Shown piece by piece: positions 48,234 to 59,457 of a stretch of 64,000 bases of DNA (its first letter is position 1; each line of letters begins with the position of its first letter). The position numbers and the translations under genes are program-made. This DNA comes from Gammaproteobacteria bacterium (lineage in GTDB: Bacteria > Pseudomonadota > Gammaproteobacteria > Eutrophobiales > Eutrophobiaceae). Where the stretch lies: the NCBI GenBank assembly GCA_965221695.1, contig OZ244905.1, positions 3,264,001-3,328,000 of the forward strand. Reading direction: 5' to 3'. The notes under the pieces were generated by a model. That model worked only from the letters and a program-made list of their open reading frames with translations, was not told where the DNA came from and did not search any database.

Positions 48234-49082
48234 ATGACAAGTTCAGCATATCGGGACCTGACTGCTGAAGAAATAACAACCTATCAGCAAGAGGGTGTGG
48301 CGCTGGCGCCGCAATGTGTCGACCCGGCCTGGGTGGAGCGCATGAGCAAAGCCATCGACCGTTTGCTTGCTCAGCCGAGCAAATGGGCGCAGGATACCAA
48401 CCCTGGATCTGAACAAGCGCGGTTTCTGCATGATCGGTATCTATGGCCGACCGACAAAGACTTTCGGGATTACGTATTCCATTCCGGTGTGGCCGAACTT
48501 GCTGCCCAGGCGATGCGGTCAAATACTGCGCGTATCTATTTCGATCATGTGTTTGTCAAGGAACCGGATACGCAAGAAGAGTTTTTCTGGCACCAGGATC
48601 TACCTTATTGGCCGTTCAAAGGTAAACAAATCTGTTCCGTCTGGTTGTCTTTAACAGACACCGATCTTGCTTCGAGCGGTTTGGAATTCGTGCGCGGCTC
48701 GCAAGCATGGAACAAATGGTTTAAACCGGTGTTGCCCGACGGCGGGGAAGACACCATCCAGGCCGAGTGGATCGGTTCGAGTTCGGAAGAAGAAATACCG
48801 GATTTCAATGCGTTGAGAGATGACTACGAATTCGTGTCCTTTGAGACCAGAGCGGGAGATGCGCTGATTTTCGACACAGCCATCATCCATACGTCGCATG
48901 GCAATTTGTCCCCCACAAAACGCCGCCTTGCCCTATCCACGCGCTGGCTCGGCGATGACGCCTGCTGGGACCCGCGCCCCGGCACAGACCCAATCGTCAC
49001 CCAGGAACATGTTTCCATCAGCCCCGGCGCGCCGGCCACTGACGAGAATGCTTTTCCGCTGGTATGGCAGGCCGGTAGTTAG
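48234..49082 (+). CDS. Phytanoyl-CoA dioxygenase (PhyH) family Fe(II)/2-oxoglutarate enzyme
   Basis: FVKEP, WHQD (HxD), GDALIFD..IIHTS (distal His), RRLALSTRW. Confidence 0.9.
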   Translation: MTSSAYRDLTAEEITTYQQEGVALAPQCVDPAWVERMSKAIDRLLAQPSKWAQDTNPGSEQARFLHDRYLWPTDKDFRDYVFHSGVAELAAQAMRSNTARIYFDHVFVKEPDTQEEFFWHQDLPYWPFKGKQICSVWLSLTDTDLASSGLEFVRGSQAWNKWFKPVLPDGGEDTIQAEWIGSSSEEEIPDFNALRDDYEFVSFETRAGDALIFDTAIIHTSHGNLSPTKRRLALSTRWLGDDACWDPRPGTDPIVTQEHVSISPGAPATDENAFPLVWQAGS

Positions 49083-49087
49083 CCCGG

Positions 49088-49909
49088 CTACAAATCCCGC
49101 AACAACTCGTTCAGACTCACCTTGCCGCGGGTTTTTTCGTCGACCTGTTTGACGATCACCGCGCAGTACAGGCTGTATTTGCCGTCTTTTGAGGGCAGGT
49201 TGCCGGATACCACGACCGAGCCTGGTGGGACCTTGCCATAGCTGATCTCGCCGGTCTCGCGGTTGTAGATGCGGGTGCTCTGGCCGATGTAGACACCCAT
49301 GGAGATCACAGAACCCTCGCCGACCACGACGCCCTCGACAATTTCCGAACGCGCGCCGATAAAACAGTGGTCCTCGATGATGGTCGGGTTGGCCTGCAAC
49401 GGTTCCAGTACTCCTCCCAGGCCGACGCCGCCGGACAGGTGCACGTTTTTGCCGACCTGGGCGCAAGAACCCACGGTCGCCCAGGTGTCCACCATGGTCC
49501 CTGAATCCACGTAGGCGCCGATATTGACGTAACTGGGCATAAGCACGACATTGGGCGCCACGTAGCTGCCATAACGCGCCATGGCCGGGGGGACTACCCG
49601 CATGCCGCCCGCCGAGAAATCGTCCTGGCCGTATCCGGCGAACTTGGGTTCCACCTTGTCGTAATACCTGGTCCAGCCCCCTTCCATCACGCGGTTGTCG
49701 TTTAATGCAAACGACAGTAACACGGCCTTTTTCAGCCACTGGTTGACCACCCACTCACCGTTTTGTTTCTCCGCCACCCGCATCTCGCCGCGGTCCAGTC
49801 CGGCAATTGCCTCGTTAACGGCATCTTTAAGTGATGTATCGGCGTTGCCCGCGTTGATGCCGGCGCGCTGTTCGAAGGCCTCGTTGATGATGTCTGAAAT
49901 ACTACTCAT
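49088..49909 (-). CDS. dapD: Tetrahydrodipicolinate N-succinyltransferase
   Basis: [48 protein letters not shown]. Confidence 0.97.
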   Translation of the reverse strand: MSSISDIINEAFEQRAGINAGNADTSLKDAVNEAIAGLDRGEMRVAEKQNGEWVVNQWLKKAVLLSFALNDNRVMEGGWTRYYDKVEPKFAGYGQDDFSAGGMRVVPPAMARYGSYVAPNVVLMPSYVNIGAYVDSGTMVDTWATVGSCAQVGKNVHLSGGVGLGGVLEPLQANPTIIEDHCFIGARSEIVEGVVVGEGSVISMGVYIGQSTRIYNRETGEISYGKVPPGSVVVSGNLPSKDGKYSLYCAVIVKQVDEKTRGKVSLNELLRDL

Positions 49910-49933
49910 TGACTGTCAGCTCCTATTGTCTAA

Positions 49934-50016
49934 GGAACCTCTGAGATTAAGCCAGAGGTTCAAACGGTACAGGTATGTGCTCTGACAAGTCCAGGATGGA
50001 CTTGTTCAGAGCTTCC
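49934..50016 (+). mobile_element. 83-bp internally deleted copy of the miniature element
   Basis: CTAA|GGAACCTCTGAGATTAAGCCAGAGGTTC...GTGCTCTGACAAGTCCAGGATGGACTTGTTCAGAGCTTCC|TTAA; last 40 bp identical to 35374-35413. Confidence 0.85.
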
Positions 50017-50084
50017 TTAAGTAACTCACCATTATGATACAATTCGCAAACTTACTCCAACAGCAACAGGTAAAAAAGCAGGAA

Positions 50085-51164
50085 ATGAGTCATAACGTAC
50101 TGGTATTGGCGGGTGACGGAATCGGCCCGGAGATCATGACGGAAGCGGAGAAAGTCCTGGCCTGTCTGACCCGGTACCATGGCCTGGAAATTTCCATGGA
50201 TCATGCGCTGGTAGGCGGCGCGGCCTATGATGACTGCGGGAGCCCGTTACCGGAGCAGACCCTGCAAAAAGCGCTGGCCTGTGACGCCGTCCTGTTCGGC
50301 GCCGTCGGCGGACCGAAATGGGATGGGTTGGCGCGTGATTTGCGGCCCGAACGCGGCGCGTTATTGCCCCTGCGCTCGGAACTGGCCCTGTTCGCCAACC
50401 TGAGGCCGGCGCTGACCTATCCGCAGCTTGTCGTAGCCTCGTCGCTGAAACCGGAACTGGTCAGCGGACTGGATATCATGATCGTGCGCGAGTTGACCGG
50501 CGGCATCTATTTCGGCCAACCCAGGGGCATTCAGACAATGCAGTCCGGGGAGCGCGAGGGCATTAACACCTTGCGTTATACGGAGACGGAAATTCGTCGT
50601 ATCGCCCGCGCGGCCTTCAAGGTCGCGCTGCAGCGAAACAAGCGGCTCTGCTCGGTTGATAAGGAAAATGTGCTGGAAGCGACGGTGTTATGGCGCGAGA
50701 TCGTGATTGAGGTGGCCGCGGAATACCCCGAGGTCGAATTGGAACATATGTACGTGGATAACGCCGCGATGCAACTAGTGCGCAGACCGAAGCAGTTCGA
50801 CGTGATTGTCACCACCAACATGTTTGGCGATATCCTGTCTGATCTTGCCTCAATGCTCAGCGGTTCCATTGGTATGCTGCCTTCCGCGTCGCTGGACGAG
50901 AACGGCAAGGGCATGTATGAGCCGGTTCATGGCTCAGCGCCGGACATCGTCGGCAAGGGCTTGGCCAATCCCCTGGCAATGATCTTGTCGGCGGCGATGC
51001 TGCTGCGCTACTCCCTGGACCTGCCGGAACAAGCGGACAGGGTGGAAAATGCGGTGACATCGGTCCTGGAGCAGGGCCTGAGAACCGCGGATATCCACAC
51101 GCCGGACACTGAAAAAGTATCCACGTCGCAGATGGGAGACGCTGTAGTCGAAGCGCTGCTGTGA
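50085..51164 (+). CDS. leuB: 3-isopropylmalate dehydrogenase
   Basis: [47 protein letters not shown]. Confidence 0.97.
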   Translation: MSHNVLVLAGDGIGPEIMTEAEKVLACLTRYHGLEISMDHALVGGAAYDDCGSPLPEQTLQKALACDAVLFGAVGGPKWDGLARDLRPERGALLPLRSELALFANLRPALTYPQLVVASSLKPELVSGLDIMIVRELTGGIYFGQPRGIQTMQSGEREGINTLRYTETEIRRIARAAFKVALQRNKRLCSVDKENVLEATVLWREIVIEVAAEYPEVELEHMYVDNAAMQLVRRPKQFDVIVTTNMFGDILSDLASMLSGSIGMLPSASLDENGKGMYEPVHGSAPDIVGKGLANPLAMILSAAMLLRYSLDLPEQADRVENAVTSVLEQGLRTADIHTPDTEKVSTSQMGDAVVEALL

Positions 51165-52187
51165 ATGAATAAAAAAGTCAATGTTGCAGTCGTCGGCGCG
51201 ACCGGTGAAGTCGGGCAGGCCATGTTGTCAATCCTGGCGCAGCGGGATTTTCCGCTTGCCGCGCTGCATGTCGTGGCCAGCAGCCGATCGGTGGGGAAAC
51301 GCATTGAATTCATGGATGAGGAACTGGTGGTCGAAGACCTGGATTCGTTCGATTTTTCCGGCATCGATATCGGCCTGTTTTCTCCCGGGGCTTCCGTATC
51401 CAACATCCATGCGCCCCGGGCCGCCGCCGCAGGGACGGTCGTCATCGACAATACGTCCCGGTTCCGGTATGACGCGGATATTCCGCTGGTCGTACCGGAG
51501 GTGAATCCGGAAGCCGTCGGGCAGTATGCCGGACGCGGCATTATTGCCAACCCGAACTGTTCCACCATCCAGATGGTAATGGCGTTGAAACCGATCTACG
51601 ACGCCGCTGGCATTGAGCGCGTCAATGTCGCCACCTACCAGGCTGTCTCCGGCAAGGGCAAAAAAGCGATAGAGGAACTGGAGCAGCAGACCATTGCGCT
51701 GTTCAACGGCAAACCGGTTATCCCTACGGAGCATCCCAGGCAGATGGCGTTCAATGTCCTGCCCCAGATTGATGTGTTCCAGGACAACGGTTATACCAGG
51801 GAAGAAATGAAGATGGTATGGGAGACACATAAGATCCTCGACGACGAAACGATCCGGGTCAACCCCACCTGTGTGCGCGTGCCGGTGTTCTATGGCCACT
51901 CCGAGGCCGTGCACATCGAAACCAAGGAGAAGATCACGGTGGATGAGGCGAAAACCCTGTTGAACGATTTCCCCGGCGTCGTGGTGATAGATGAGCGGGA
52001 AGACGGCGGCTACCCGACGGCCGTAACCGAGGCTTCCGGACATGACCCGGTATTTGTCGGCCGCATCAGGGAGGATATTTCCCATCCGACGGGCATCAAT
52101 TTCTGGGTGGTTTCCGACAATATCAGGAAAGGCGCCGCGCTTAACAGTATTCAAATTGCGGAAGATTTGTTAAAACATCATCTATGA
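51165..52187 (+). CDS. asd: Aspartate-semialdehyde dehydrogenase
   Basis: VVGATGEVG, IIANPNCSTIQ, TYQAVSG, CVRVPVFYGHS, DNIRKGAALN. Confidence 0.96.
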   Translation: MNKKVNVAVVGATGEVGQAMLSILAQRDFPLAALHVVASSRSVGKRIEFMDEELVVEDLDSFDFSGIDIGLFSPGASVSNIHAPRAAAAGTVVIDNTSRFRYDADIPLVVPEVNPEAVGQYAGRGIIANPNCSTIQMVMALKPIYDAAGIERVNVATYQAVSGKGKKAIEELEQQTIALFNGKPVIPTEHPRQMAFNVLPQIDVFQDNGYTREEMKMVWETHKILDDETIRVNPTCVRVPVFYGHSEAVHIETKEKITVDEAKTLLNDFPGVVVIDEREDGGYPTAVTEASGHDPVFVGRIREDISHPTGINFWVVSDNIRKGAALNSIQIAEDLLKHHL

Positions 52188-52221
52188 TCGCCCATACGGT
52201 TGGCACACGGGGAAAACCGTC

Positions 52222-53703
52222 GTGAGACAGATAAAATTGCCGGTATTAATCGCTTGTCTGCTGGGGTTGCTGGCGCCGGCCTGGGCATTTGCCTTGAACC
52301 TGGGCGATATCAACCTGAAATCGCAACCGGGACAGCCCGTGGAGGCGGAAATCCCGCTGACTGTCGTATCCCCCGAGGAACGGAACAGCCTTAAAGTCGG
52401 CCTGGCAGATGTGGCCGGTTTTCGTTGGGCCGGCATTGACTGGTTACCGGCGCATAACCGGTTGCAATTCGAATTGCGGCGTGCTGGCGACGGCACAGAT
52501 TATATCCGAGTCCATAGCGATGAGACGATGCAGGTGTCCGCATTGCGCTTTTTGTTGAAGGTGTCTTGGTCCAAGGGACGGCTATTCCGGGAATATACCC
52601 TGGAATTCGGCAATCAGACCGGCGCCGCCGTGAGCGCGGCCGAATCTGCTCGGCAAGATGCCAGCGCAGTGGTTCAGGAGTCTCGTAAGTATCAGGTCTT
52701 GCGGCATGATACCTTGTGGGAGATTGCCCTGGAGCTGCGACCGGATACTTCCGTTTCCATCCAGCAGATGATGCTGGCTTTGCTGCGGGTCAATACGGAT
52801 TCGTTCAGCTACGATAATATCAACTGGCTGAAGGCAGGCGAGACGCTGTGGATACCGAGTTACTTCGAAATGCAGACGCTGTCGAAGACTGAGGCATTAG
52901 CTGAAACGTTGGCCCAGAACAACGTCTGGCGCGAAGCGCGCGGTCTGGCCACGGTTGATGCCGGCTGGTTGGCCAGCGCCAACGTGTCTGCGCTGGACGG
53001 AGGATTGCGCCTGGCGCGGGTTGAGAGAGAAGACCTCCAGGGTTATGACGCTTCAAGGTTCGATGCGGGCGGGTCTTATGACGCACAGGCCTTGACGCTG
53101 GCCAATGAGCAGCTTGTGGAACTGTCCCAAGAGAAACTCGAACTTGAGGACAAGCTGTCCGAAGCCGAGGCGATTATTGAAGATCTGAGACGACTGGTCG
53201 AACTCAAGGATGATGAACTGGCTGCTTTGCAGAGTCAATCGCTTGACGGTCAGGCGAAGCCGGTACCCGAGCAGTTGGAACGATTGCAATCATTATTCGA
53301 GTCCATGGTCAGGCTGCTCAGGGATCATTGGGAAATTACGCTGGCCGGCATTACTGCGATGTTAATCCTGGCAGTTTGGCTGGCGCTGCGCAGAAAACCC
53401 GCTGATAACACACTGGGGCAGGCGACCCCCGCCGCCTCGATCCGACCCGATTTTGCCGGTATGGCGCGTGGCGAGCCAGCGACTTCTCACCATGAAGATG
53501 AGATTGGTGAGGACGACACAGACGCCGAGCAGTTGGATACGGCCGAGCACGCGGCTCACAACAAACTCGATCTGGCCAGGGCGTATCTCGAACTGGGCGA
53601 TGATGAGAACGCACACTCCATCCTGGAGGAAGTCCTGGCGGATGGGAATGCGGCGCAAAAGGAAGAGGCCCGGCAGTTATTGGCCCGGATTGAATCCTTA
53701 TGA
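52222..53703 (+). CDS. fimV: FimV/HubP family polar landmark protein (short form)
   Basis: LNLGDI.LKS..GQP..AEI, LysM-like DTLWEIA..QQMMLAL...N, coiled coil, TM helix, C-terminal KLDLARAYLELGD...A..ILEEV. Confidence 0.88.
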   Translation: MRQIKLPVLIACLLGLLAPAWAFALNLGDINLKSQPGQPVEAEIPLTVVSPEERNSLKVGLADVAGFRWAGIDWLPAHNRLQFELRRAGDGTDYIRVHSDETMQVSALRFLLKVSWSKGRLFREYTLEFGNQTGAAVSAAESARQDASAVVQESRKYQVLRHDTLWEIALELRPDTSVSIQQMMLALLRVNTDSFSYDNINWLKAGETLWIPSYFEMQTLSKTEALAETLAQNNVWREARGLATVDAGWLASANVSALDGGLRLARVEREDLQGYDASRFDAGGSYDAQALTLANEQLVELSQEKLELEDKLSEAEAIIEDLRRLVELKDDELAALQSQSLDGQAKPVPEQLERLQSLFESMVRLLRDHWEITLAGITAMLILAVWLALRRKPADNTLGQATPAASIRPDFAGMARGEPATSHHEDEIGEDDTDAEQLDTAEHAAHNKLDLARAYLELGDDENAHSILEEVLADGNAAQKEEARQLLARIESL

Positions 53704-54491
53704 TGAAATTTGCCGCCGGTGTTGAGTATGATGGCTCTCATTACTCAGGATGGCAAATACAGAAACATTCGGAGTCGGTACAGGAACAAGTGGAAGCTGC
53801 CCTGACGGCCGTGGCCGATCATTCGGTTGCAGTAACCTGTGCCGGCAGAACGGATGCAGGCGTACATGCGCTGAACCAGGTGGTCCATTTTGAATCAGGC
53901 GCCGAACGGGATTCGCATTCCTGGGTCCTGGGCGCCAACACCCACCTGCCCGGAGATATCAGCCTGACCTGGGCAAAACCCGTCCAGGTCGACTTCCATG
54001 CCCGTTACTCGGCAACGAGTCGCATCTACAAGTATATTATCCTGAACCGGCCGGCGCGCCCGGGCCTCGGCCATGGTTATGTTACCTGGGAGTGCCGCCG
54101 CCTGGATGTTGGCAAGATGTCGGAGGCTGCGACCTCGCTGGTGGGCGAGCATGACTTTACATCGTACCGGGCGACATCCTGTCAGGCGAAATCGCCGGTG
54201 AGGAAGGTTTTGAGCCTGAGCGTCAAAAGGGAAAATGAGTACGTGGTCATCGTGGTTGAAGCCAACGCTTTTCTGCACCACATGGTGCGCAACATCGCAG
54301 GTGTGCTGATCGCCATCGGCATGGGCAAACATGAAGTAGGTTGGGAAGCCGAGGTGCTTGGCGCAAAACGCAGGGACCGCGGCGGCGTGACCGCAGCGCC
54401 GGACGGGCTTTACCTGGCAGGCGTGAATTATCCGCAAAAATATGGTATTCCCGGACAACACAGAGACAGCCATACGAACTATTATTTATGA
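53700..54491 (+). CDS. truA: tRNA pseudouridine(38-40) synthase
   Basis: EYDGSHYSGWQ, AGRTDAGVHA, FHARYSA, NAFLHHMVRNI. Confidence 0.97.
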   Translation: MMKFAAGVEYDGSHYSGWQIQKHSESVQEQVEAALTAVADHSVAVTCAGRTDAGVHALNQVVHFESGAERDSHSWVLGANTHLPGDISLTWAKPVQVDFHARYSATSRIYKYIILNRPARPGLGHGYVTWECRRLDVGKMSEAATSLVGEHDFTSYRATSCQAKSPVRKVLSLSVKRENEYVVIVVEANAFLHHMVRNIAGVLIAIGMGKHEVGWEAEVLGAKRRDRGGVTAAPDGLYLAGVNYPQKYGIPGQHRDSHTNYYL

Positions 54492-55114
54492 CCAGGATAA
54501 AGATCTGCGGCATAACCCGAAGTGAAGATGCCCGCGCCGCGATCGATGCCGGCGCGCATGCCCTGGGCTATGTCTTCTACCGGCCGAGCCCGCGCTATGT
54601 TGAACCCTTTGCCGCCCGGGATATCATCAGCCGGCTGCCGCCGTTTACCGCCAGTGTCGGCCTGTTCGTGGATGCGGAACGGGAATTCGTCGCCAACTTG
54701 CTGGAAACGGTCCCCCTGGATATCATTCAGTTTCACGGCAATGAAGATGCGGACTTTTGCGGCAGTTTCGGCAGGCCTTACATCAAGGCCGTAAGCATGA
54801 AACCGAACATCGATTTACCGATGGTTTGCCGCAACTACGCCAATGCCGCAGCCCTGCTGCTGGACAGTCACTCGGGAACCGCCCCCGGGGGAACGGGTGT
54901 GAGCTTTGACTGGCGTATTATCCCGCCCGGTTTATCCAGGCCCATCATCCTAGCCGGCGGGCTGACGCCGGCGAACGTGCGCCGCGCCATCCGCGCCTGT
55001 GCGCCGTATGCGGTCGATGTAAGCAGCGGGGTCGAACTTGAGAAGGGTATCAAGGATAAAACAGCCATAGTGAATTTCATACGCGAGGTAAAACAAGCCG
55101 ATGACAGTGCCTGA
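54488..55114 (+). CDS. trpF: Phosphoribosylanthranilate isomerase
   Basis: [43 protein letters not shown]; ATG 54488. Confidence 0.96.
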   Translation: MTRIKICGITRSEDARAAIDAGAHALGYVFYRPSPRYVEPFAARDIISRLPPFTASVGLFVDAEREFVANLLETVPLDIIQFHGNEDADFCGSFGRPYIKAVSMKPNIDLPMVCRNYANAAALLLDSHSGTAPGGTGVSFDWRIIPPGLSRPIILAGGLTPANVRRAIRACAPYAVDVSSGVELEKGIKDKTAIVNFIREVKQADDSA

Positions 55115-56291
55115 CGAAAGCGGCCATTTTGGCATTTATGGCGGCAGGTTTGTCGCTGAGACGCTGGTTGAACCCCTGCAAGAGTTGACCCGCGCGGTCG
55201 GGAACTACCTTCAGGATGAGGACTTCCTGGCAGAGTTTGACCGCGACCTGAAGACGTTCGTGGGCAGGCCCTCGCCCCTGTACCACGCGCGCAGGTGGAG
55301 TGACAGCTTGGCCGGCCCCCGGGTCTTTCTGAAGCGCGAGGATTTGAATCACACCGGCGCCCACAAGGTCAATAACACGGTGGGCCAGGCCCTGCTGGCG
55401 AAACGCATGGGAAAGACCCGGCTCATTGCGGAGACCGGCGCGGGCCAGCATGGGGTCGCCACTGCTACGGTTGCCGCCCGCCTCGGCCTTGAGTGTGTGG
55501 TGTATATGGGCGCCGAGGACATACGGCGCCAGGCCGTGAATGTTTTCCGGATGAAGCTGCTGGGAGCTGAGGTCGCAGAGGTCACTTCCGGTTCGCAGAC
55601 CCTGAAAGATGCGATGAATGAAGCGATGCGGGACTGGGTCAGTAATGTCGACGATACATTCTATATTATCGGCACCGTGGCCGGGCCCCATCCCTACCCG
55701 GCGCTGGTCAGGGAGCTGCAGTCCGTTATCGGCAGGGAAGCCCGCCGGCAATGCCTGGAGACGACCGGCAGGTTGCCCGATGTGCTCGTTGCCTGCGTCG
55801 GTGGAGGATCTAATGCCATCGGGTTGTTCCACCCATTTCTGCAGGATGAGTCAGTCAGGTTGATCGGGGTGGAAGCCGGCGGCCTGGGGCTGGATACGGG
55901 CCGGCATGCGGCCCCGTTGAGCGCCGGCAAGCCTGGCGTACTGCACGGCAACAGGAGTTACCTGATGGAAGACGAACATGGACAAATCCTGCCGACCCAT
56001 TCCATTTCAGCCGGACTCGATTACCCCGGCGTGGGTCCGGAGCATGCCTGGCTCAAGGATAGCGGCAGGGTGGAATACGTGTCGGTGAATGACGCAGAAG
56101 CCGTCGCCGCGTTCCACGACCTGACGCGCACGGAGGGGATCATGCCGGCGCTGGAATCCAGCCATGCGCTGGCGCAGGTGACGAAACTTGCGAGTGGTCT
56201 GGACCGGGAACAGGTGGTTATCGTCAATTTATCCGGCCGGGGCGACAAGGATATTGAAACCATCGCGACCATGGAAGGCATCACGCTTTAG
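55101..56291 (+). CDS. trpB: Tryptophan synthase beta chain
   Basis: [50 protein letters not shown]. Confidence 0.98.
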   Translation: MTVPDESGHFGIYGGRFVAETLVEPLQELTRAVGNYLQDEDFLAEFDRDLKTFVGRPSPLYHARRWSDSLAGPRVFLKREDLNHTGAHKVNNTVGQALLAKRMGKTRLIAETGAGQHGVATATVAARLGLECVVYMGAEDIRRQAVNVFRMKLLGAEVAEVTSGSQTLKDAMNEAMRDWVSNVDDTFYIIGTVAGPHPYPALVRELQSVIGREARRQCLETTGRLPDVLVACVGGGSNAIGLFHPFLQDESVRLIGVEAGGLGLDTGRHAAPLSAGKPGVLHGNRSYLMEDEHGQILPTHSISAGLDYPGVGPEHAWLKDSGRVEYVSVNDAEAVAAFHDLTRTEGIMPALESSHALAQVTKLASGLDREQVVIVNLSGRGDKDIETIATMEGITL

Positions 56292-56317
56292 GAAGCTCTG
56301 ATTAAGTCAGAGCTTCC
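56291..56317. mobile_element. 27-bp single-hairpin miniature element with TTTA target duplication
   Basis: TTTA|GGAAGCTCTGA-TTAAG-TCAGAGCTTCC|TTTA, perfect 11-bp stem; its first G completes the trpB TAG. Confidence 0.78.
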
Positions 56318-56394
56318 TTTAATGTAAAAGTGCTGTCCCCGGCATTCGGATTGTTGTACTCTATATTGTTTGCATACTTCAGTCCTGGCAACAG

Positions 56395-57204
56395 ATGAGT
56401 CGCATTTCTTCCACATACCGGACACTTAAGCAGCACGAAAAAAAGGCGCTGGTTACCTTTGTCACTGCCGGGGACCCTGAACCGCAGGTCACCCCGGAAA
56501 TCATGCAGGCCCTGGTGCATCACGGGGCTGATATGCTTGAACTGGGTGTGCCGTTCTCGGACCCGATGGCAGACGGGCCGGTAATTCAACGCGCCAATGA
56601 ACGCGCGCTGGCACAAGGGGTTACGCTGGAAAAAGTTTTCGGGATGGTTGAACAGTTCCGCCGGGCCGACAATCATACTCCCGTGATCCTGATGGGTTAT
56701 TTGAATCCGGTAGAAATCTTCGGCTACGAGAATTTTGCTGCGCGCGCCGCTGCGGCCGGCGTTGATGGTGTCATCGTCGTGGATCTGCCGCCTGAAGAGT
56801 CGGCCTCGCTGAATCGGGCATTGCGCGCCAACGGGATTGACCAGATTTTTCTTGTAACGCCCAATTCCACGGCGCCGCGCATTGAACTCATTGCCGGCGC
56901 CGCATCGGGATTTTTGTACTATGTTTCCGTTAAGGGCACTACCGGCGGGAAACAGGCTGACGCCGGGGATATGGCAGCTAAGCTTAAGCTGCTGAGAAGC
57001 AAAACCGATTTGCCGTTGGCTGCCGGTTTCGGGATAAAAGATGCGCAAACCGCGGCGCGGGTTGCGACCTATTGTGATGCCGTGGTCATCGGCAGCGCGC
57101 TGGTGGAGAGGTTGCATGCCGCAACAACGGCAGGCGATGATCTGGCTGCCGAAATCGGCTCATTCGTCGGGCCGATACGGGAATCACTGGATCACGCGGC
57201 TTAA
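56395..57204 (+). CDS. trpA: Tryptophan synthase alpha chain
   Basis: [40 protein letters not shown]. Confidence 0.97.
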   Translation: MSRISSTYRTLKQHEKKALVTFVTAGDPEPQVTPEIMQALVHHGADMLELGVPFSDPMADGPVIQRANERALAQGVTLEKVFGMVEQFRRADNHTPVILMGYLNPVEIFGYENFAARAAAAGVDGVIVVDLPPEESASLNRALRANGIDQIFLVTPNSTAPRIELIAGAASGFLYYVSVKGTTGGKQADAGDMAAKLKLLRSKTDLPLAAGFGIKDAQTAARVATYCDAVVIGSALVERLHAATTAGDDLAAEIGSFVGPIRESLDHAA

Positions 57205-57215
57205 CGGCGGGAACT

Positions 57216-58076
57216 ATGAGTTGGCTCGATAAACTGCTTCCTTCGAGGATAAAGACCAACAGCGCCAATCGGCGGTCTGTGCCGGAGGGAGTATGGACCA
57301 AATGCGACAGTTGCAATGCGACGCTTTATCGCGCGGAACTGACCCGTAACCTCGAAGTGTGTCCGAAATGCGGTCGACACATGCGCATTAGCGCCCGCGC
57401 CAGGCTGGACAGCTTTCTCGATCCCGATAATCGGGAAGAGATCGCCTCTCAGATCAAACCGATTGACAAGTTGAGATTTCGCGACAGCAAACGCTACAAG
57501 GACAGGCTGGCGGGAGCGCTTAAGGAAACCGGCGAAAATGACGCCCTGGTAGCGATACGGGGAAGGGTAAAGACGATTTCCTTGGTAGCCGCAGCATTTG
57601 AATTTGAGTTTATGGGCGGCTCCATGGGTTCGGTGGTGGGAGAGCGATTTGTGCGCGCGGTGGATGTCTGTATAGAGCGTCGTATTCCGCTCGTCTGTTT
57701 CTCTGCCAGTGGTGGCGCGCGCATGCAAGAAGCTCTGATTTCACTCTTCCAGATGGCAAAAACAAGTTCAGCTCTGGGTAAAATGCGCAGAGCCGGCTTG
57801 CCTTATATATCGACGCTGACAAACCCTACGATGGGCGGTGTGTCGGCAAGCCTCGGAACTCTGGGAGATGTCATTATTGCGGAGCCTGGCGCGTTGATCG
57901 GTTTTGCCGGCCCCCGCGTCATTGAACAAACCGTGCGCCAGACCTTGCCGGAGGAATTCCAGAAAAGCGAGTTCCTGCTGGAACACGGCAATATCGATAT
58001 GATCACCCACAGACGGGACCTGCGCGATACGATTGCGTCAATCCTGTCCATACTTTGCCATGAGCCATGTCGATGA
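57216..58076 (+). CDS. accD: Acetyl-CoA carboxylase carboxyltransferase beta subunit
   Basis: C4 zinc finger, [32 protein letters not shown]. Confidence 0.97.
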   Translation: MSWLDKLLPSRIKTNSANRRSVPEGVWTKCDSCNATLYRAELTRNLEVCPKCGRHMRISARARLDSFLDPDNREEIASQIKPIDKLRFRDSKRYKDRLAGALKETGENDALVAIRGRVKTISLVAAAFEFEFMGGSMGSVVGERFVRAVDVCIERRIPLVCFSASGGARMQEALISLFQMAKTSSALGKMRRAGLPYISTLTNPTMGGVSASLGTLGDVIIAEPGALIGFAGPRVIEQTVRQTLPEEFQKSEFLLEHGNIDMITHRRDLRDTIASILSILCHEPCR

Positions 58077-59389
58077 GTTCCATGCCGAAAATTTTATCCA
58101 GGCCGCGGCAGGGAGACACGCCCAGGTTCGCCTGTCTGGCTGACTGGTTGGCATGGCAAGAAAGCCTGCATTTCACTGCCATCGAGTTGGGTTTGGATCG
58201 CTGCAACAAGGTGGCGCAAAGAATGGGTCTGTTGCAGCCTGAGAGCAAGGTTATCAGCATCTCAGGCACAAACGGCAAAGGTTCCAGCGCGGCCATGCTG
58301 GATGCCATACTCAGGCGCTCCGGCTACCGGGTGGGCGCCTATACCTCGCCGCATTTAACCAGCTATAACGAACGGATATGTATTAACGGCGCGCAGGCGA
58401 CGGATGAACAATTGTGCGATTCATTTGACCGGATCGACCGGGCGCGTGGAGATATTTCCCTGACTTATTTTGAATTCGGCACGCTGGCAGCTCTGGATAT
58501 CTTCCGGCAGGCTCATCTGGACATTATGATACTGGAAGTCGGACTGGGCGGCCGGTTGGATGCAGTGAATATACTGGACGCCGATGTTGCCCTGGTCGTC
58601 ACCATCGACTTGGACCATGAGAAATGGTTGGGATATACCCGAGAAGCCATAGGCAGAGAAAAAGCGGGAATATTCAGGCCGCGCCGGCCGGCAATCTGCT
58701 CGGACCCGCGCGCGCCGGAGTCCATTGCCGCTTGCGCCCGGGAAACAGGCGCTCTGCTGTACCAGGCCGGACGCGATTTTTCCTATGCGATCAATTCCGA
58801 TAGTTGGAGCTGGAGAAATTCGGAGACGGTCTATGAAGGTTTGCCCAAGCCCGGCATCAATAATGACAGGCAGGCGCAGAACGCCGCCGGTGTGCTGATG
58901 ACGTTGGAAATCCTGGCCGATGAATTTCCTGTCGGGCAGGAAACCGTTAAGGCCTGCCTGCGGGATTTTCGCCTCCCCGGCAGATTCCAGATCGTTCCGG
59001 GAGAAACGCCTTGTATACTGGATGTCGCGCATAACCCGCAGGCCGTTGCGGCATTGGTTGAGAATGTGAAGAAAATTCCCAGAGTCGGCGAAACTCGCGT
59101 CGTGATCGGCATGCTCAAAGACAAGAATCACGATGCCGTATTCAGCCGCTTGGCGGAAATTGCCGATCACTGGTATCTGGCTGAATTGCAGGAGGATCGC
59201 GCTGCGGGAATGGAGGAGCTCACACGAGCGTTGCAAAAGCGCCAAGACAGGGAGAAAATTAAACAGTTTAATACTGTTCGGGAAGCCTTGGCGGAGGCTT
59301 CGGCCTGTGCCCGCACCGGAGACCGGATAATCGTTACCGGTTCTTTCGTCACCGTCGGCGCCGCCCTTGATTGTCTGGCAGAGCGATAG
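58067..59389 (+). CDS. folC: Bifunctional folylpolyglutamate/dihydrofolate synthase
   Basis: [42 protein letters not shown]. Confidence 0.96.
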   Translation: MSMSSMPKILSRPRQGDTPRFACLADWLAWQESLHFTAIELGLDRCNKVAQRMGLLQPESKVISISGTNGKGSSAAMLDAILRRSGYRVGAYTSPHLTSYNERICINGAQATDEQLCDSFDRIDRARGDISLTYFEFGTLAALDIFRQAHLDIMILEVGLGGRLDAVNILDADVALVVTIDLDHEKWLGYTREAIGREKAGIFRPRRPAICSDPRAPESIAACARETGALLYQAGRDFSYAINSDSWSWRNSETVYEGLPKPGINNDRQAQNAAGVLMTLEILADEFPVGQETVKACLRDFRLPGRFQIVPGETPCILDVAHNPQAVAALVENVKKIPRVGETRVVIGMLKDKNHDAVFSRLAEIADHWYLAELQEDRAAGMEELTRALQKRQDREKIKQFNTVREALAEASACARTGDRIIVTGSFVTVGAALDCLAER

Positions 59390-59457
59390 CGCGGGCAGCT
59401 TTGACTTAATCCGGGTTTGCCGCGCTCACAAAATAGATGAATGGCTGATAAAGCAAT

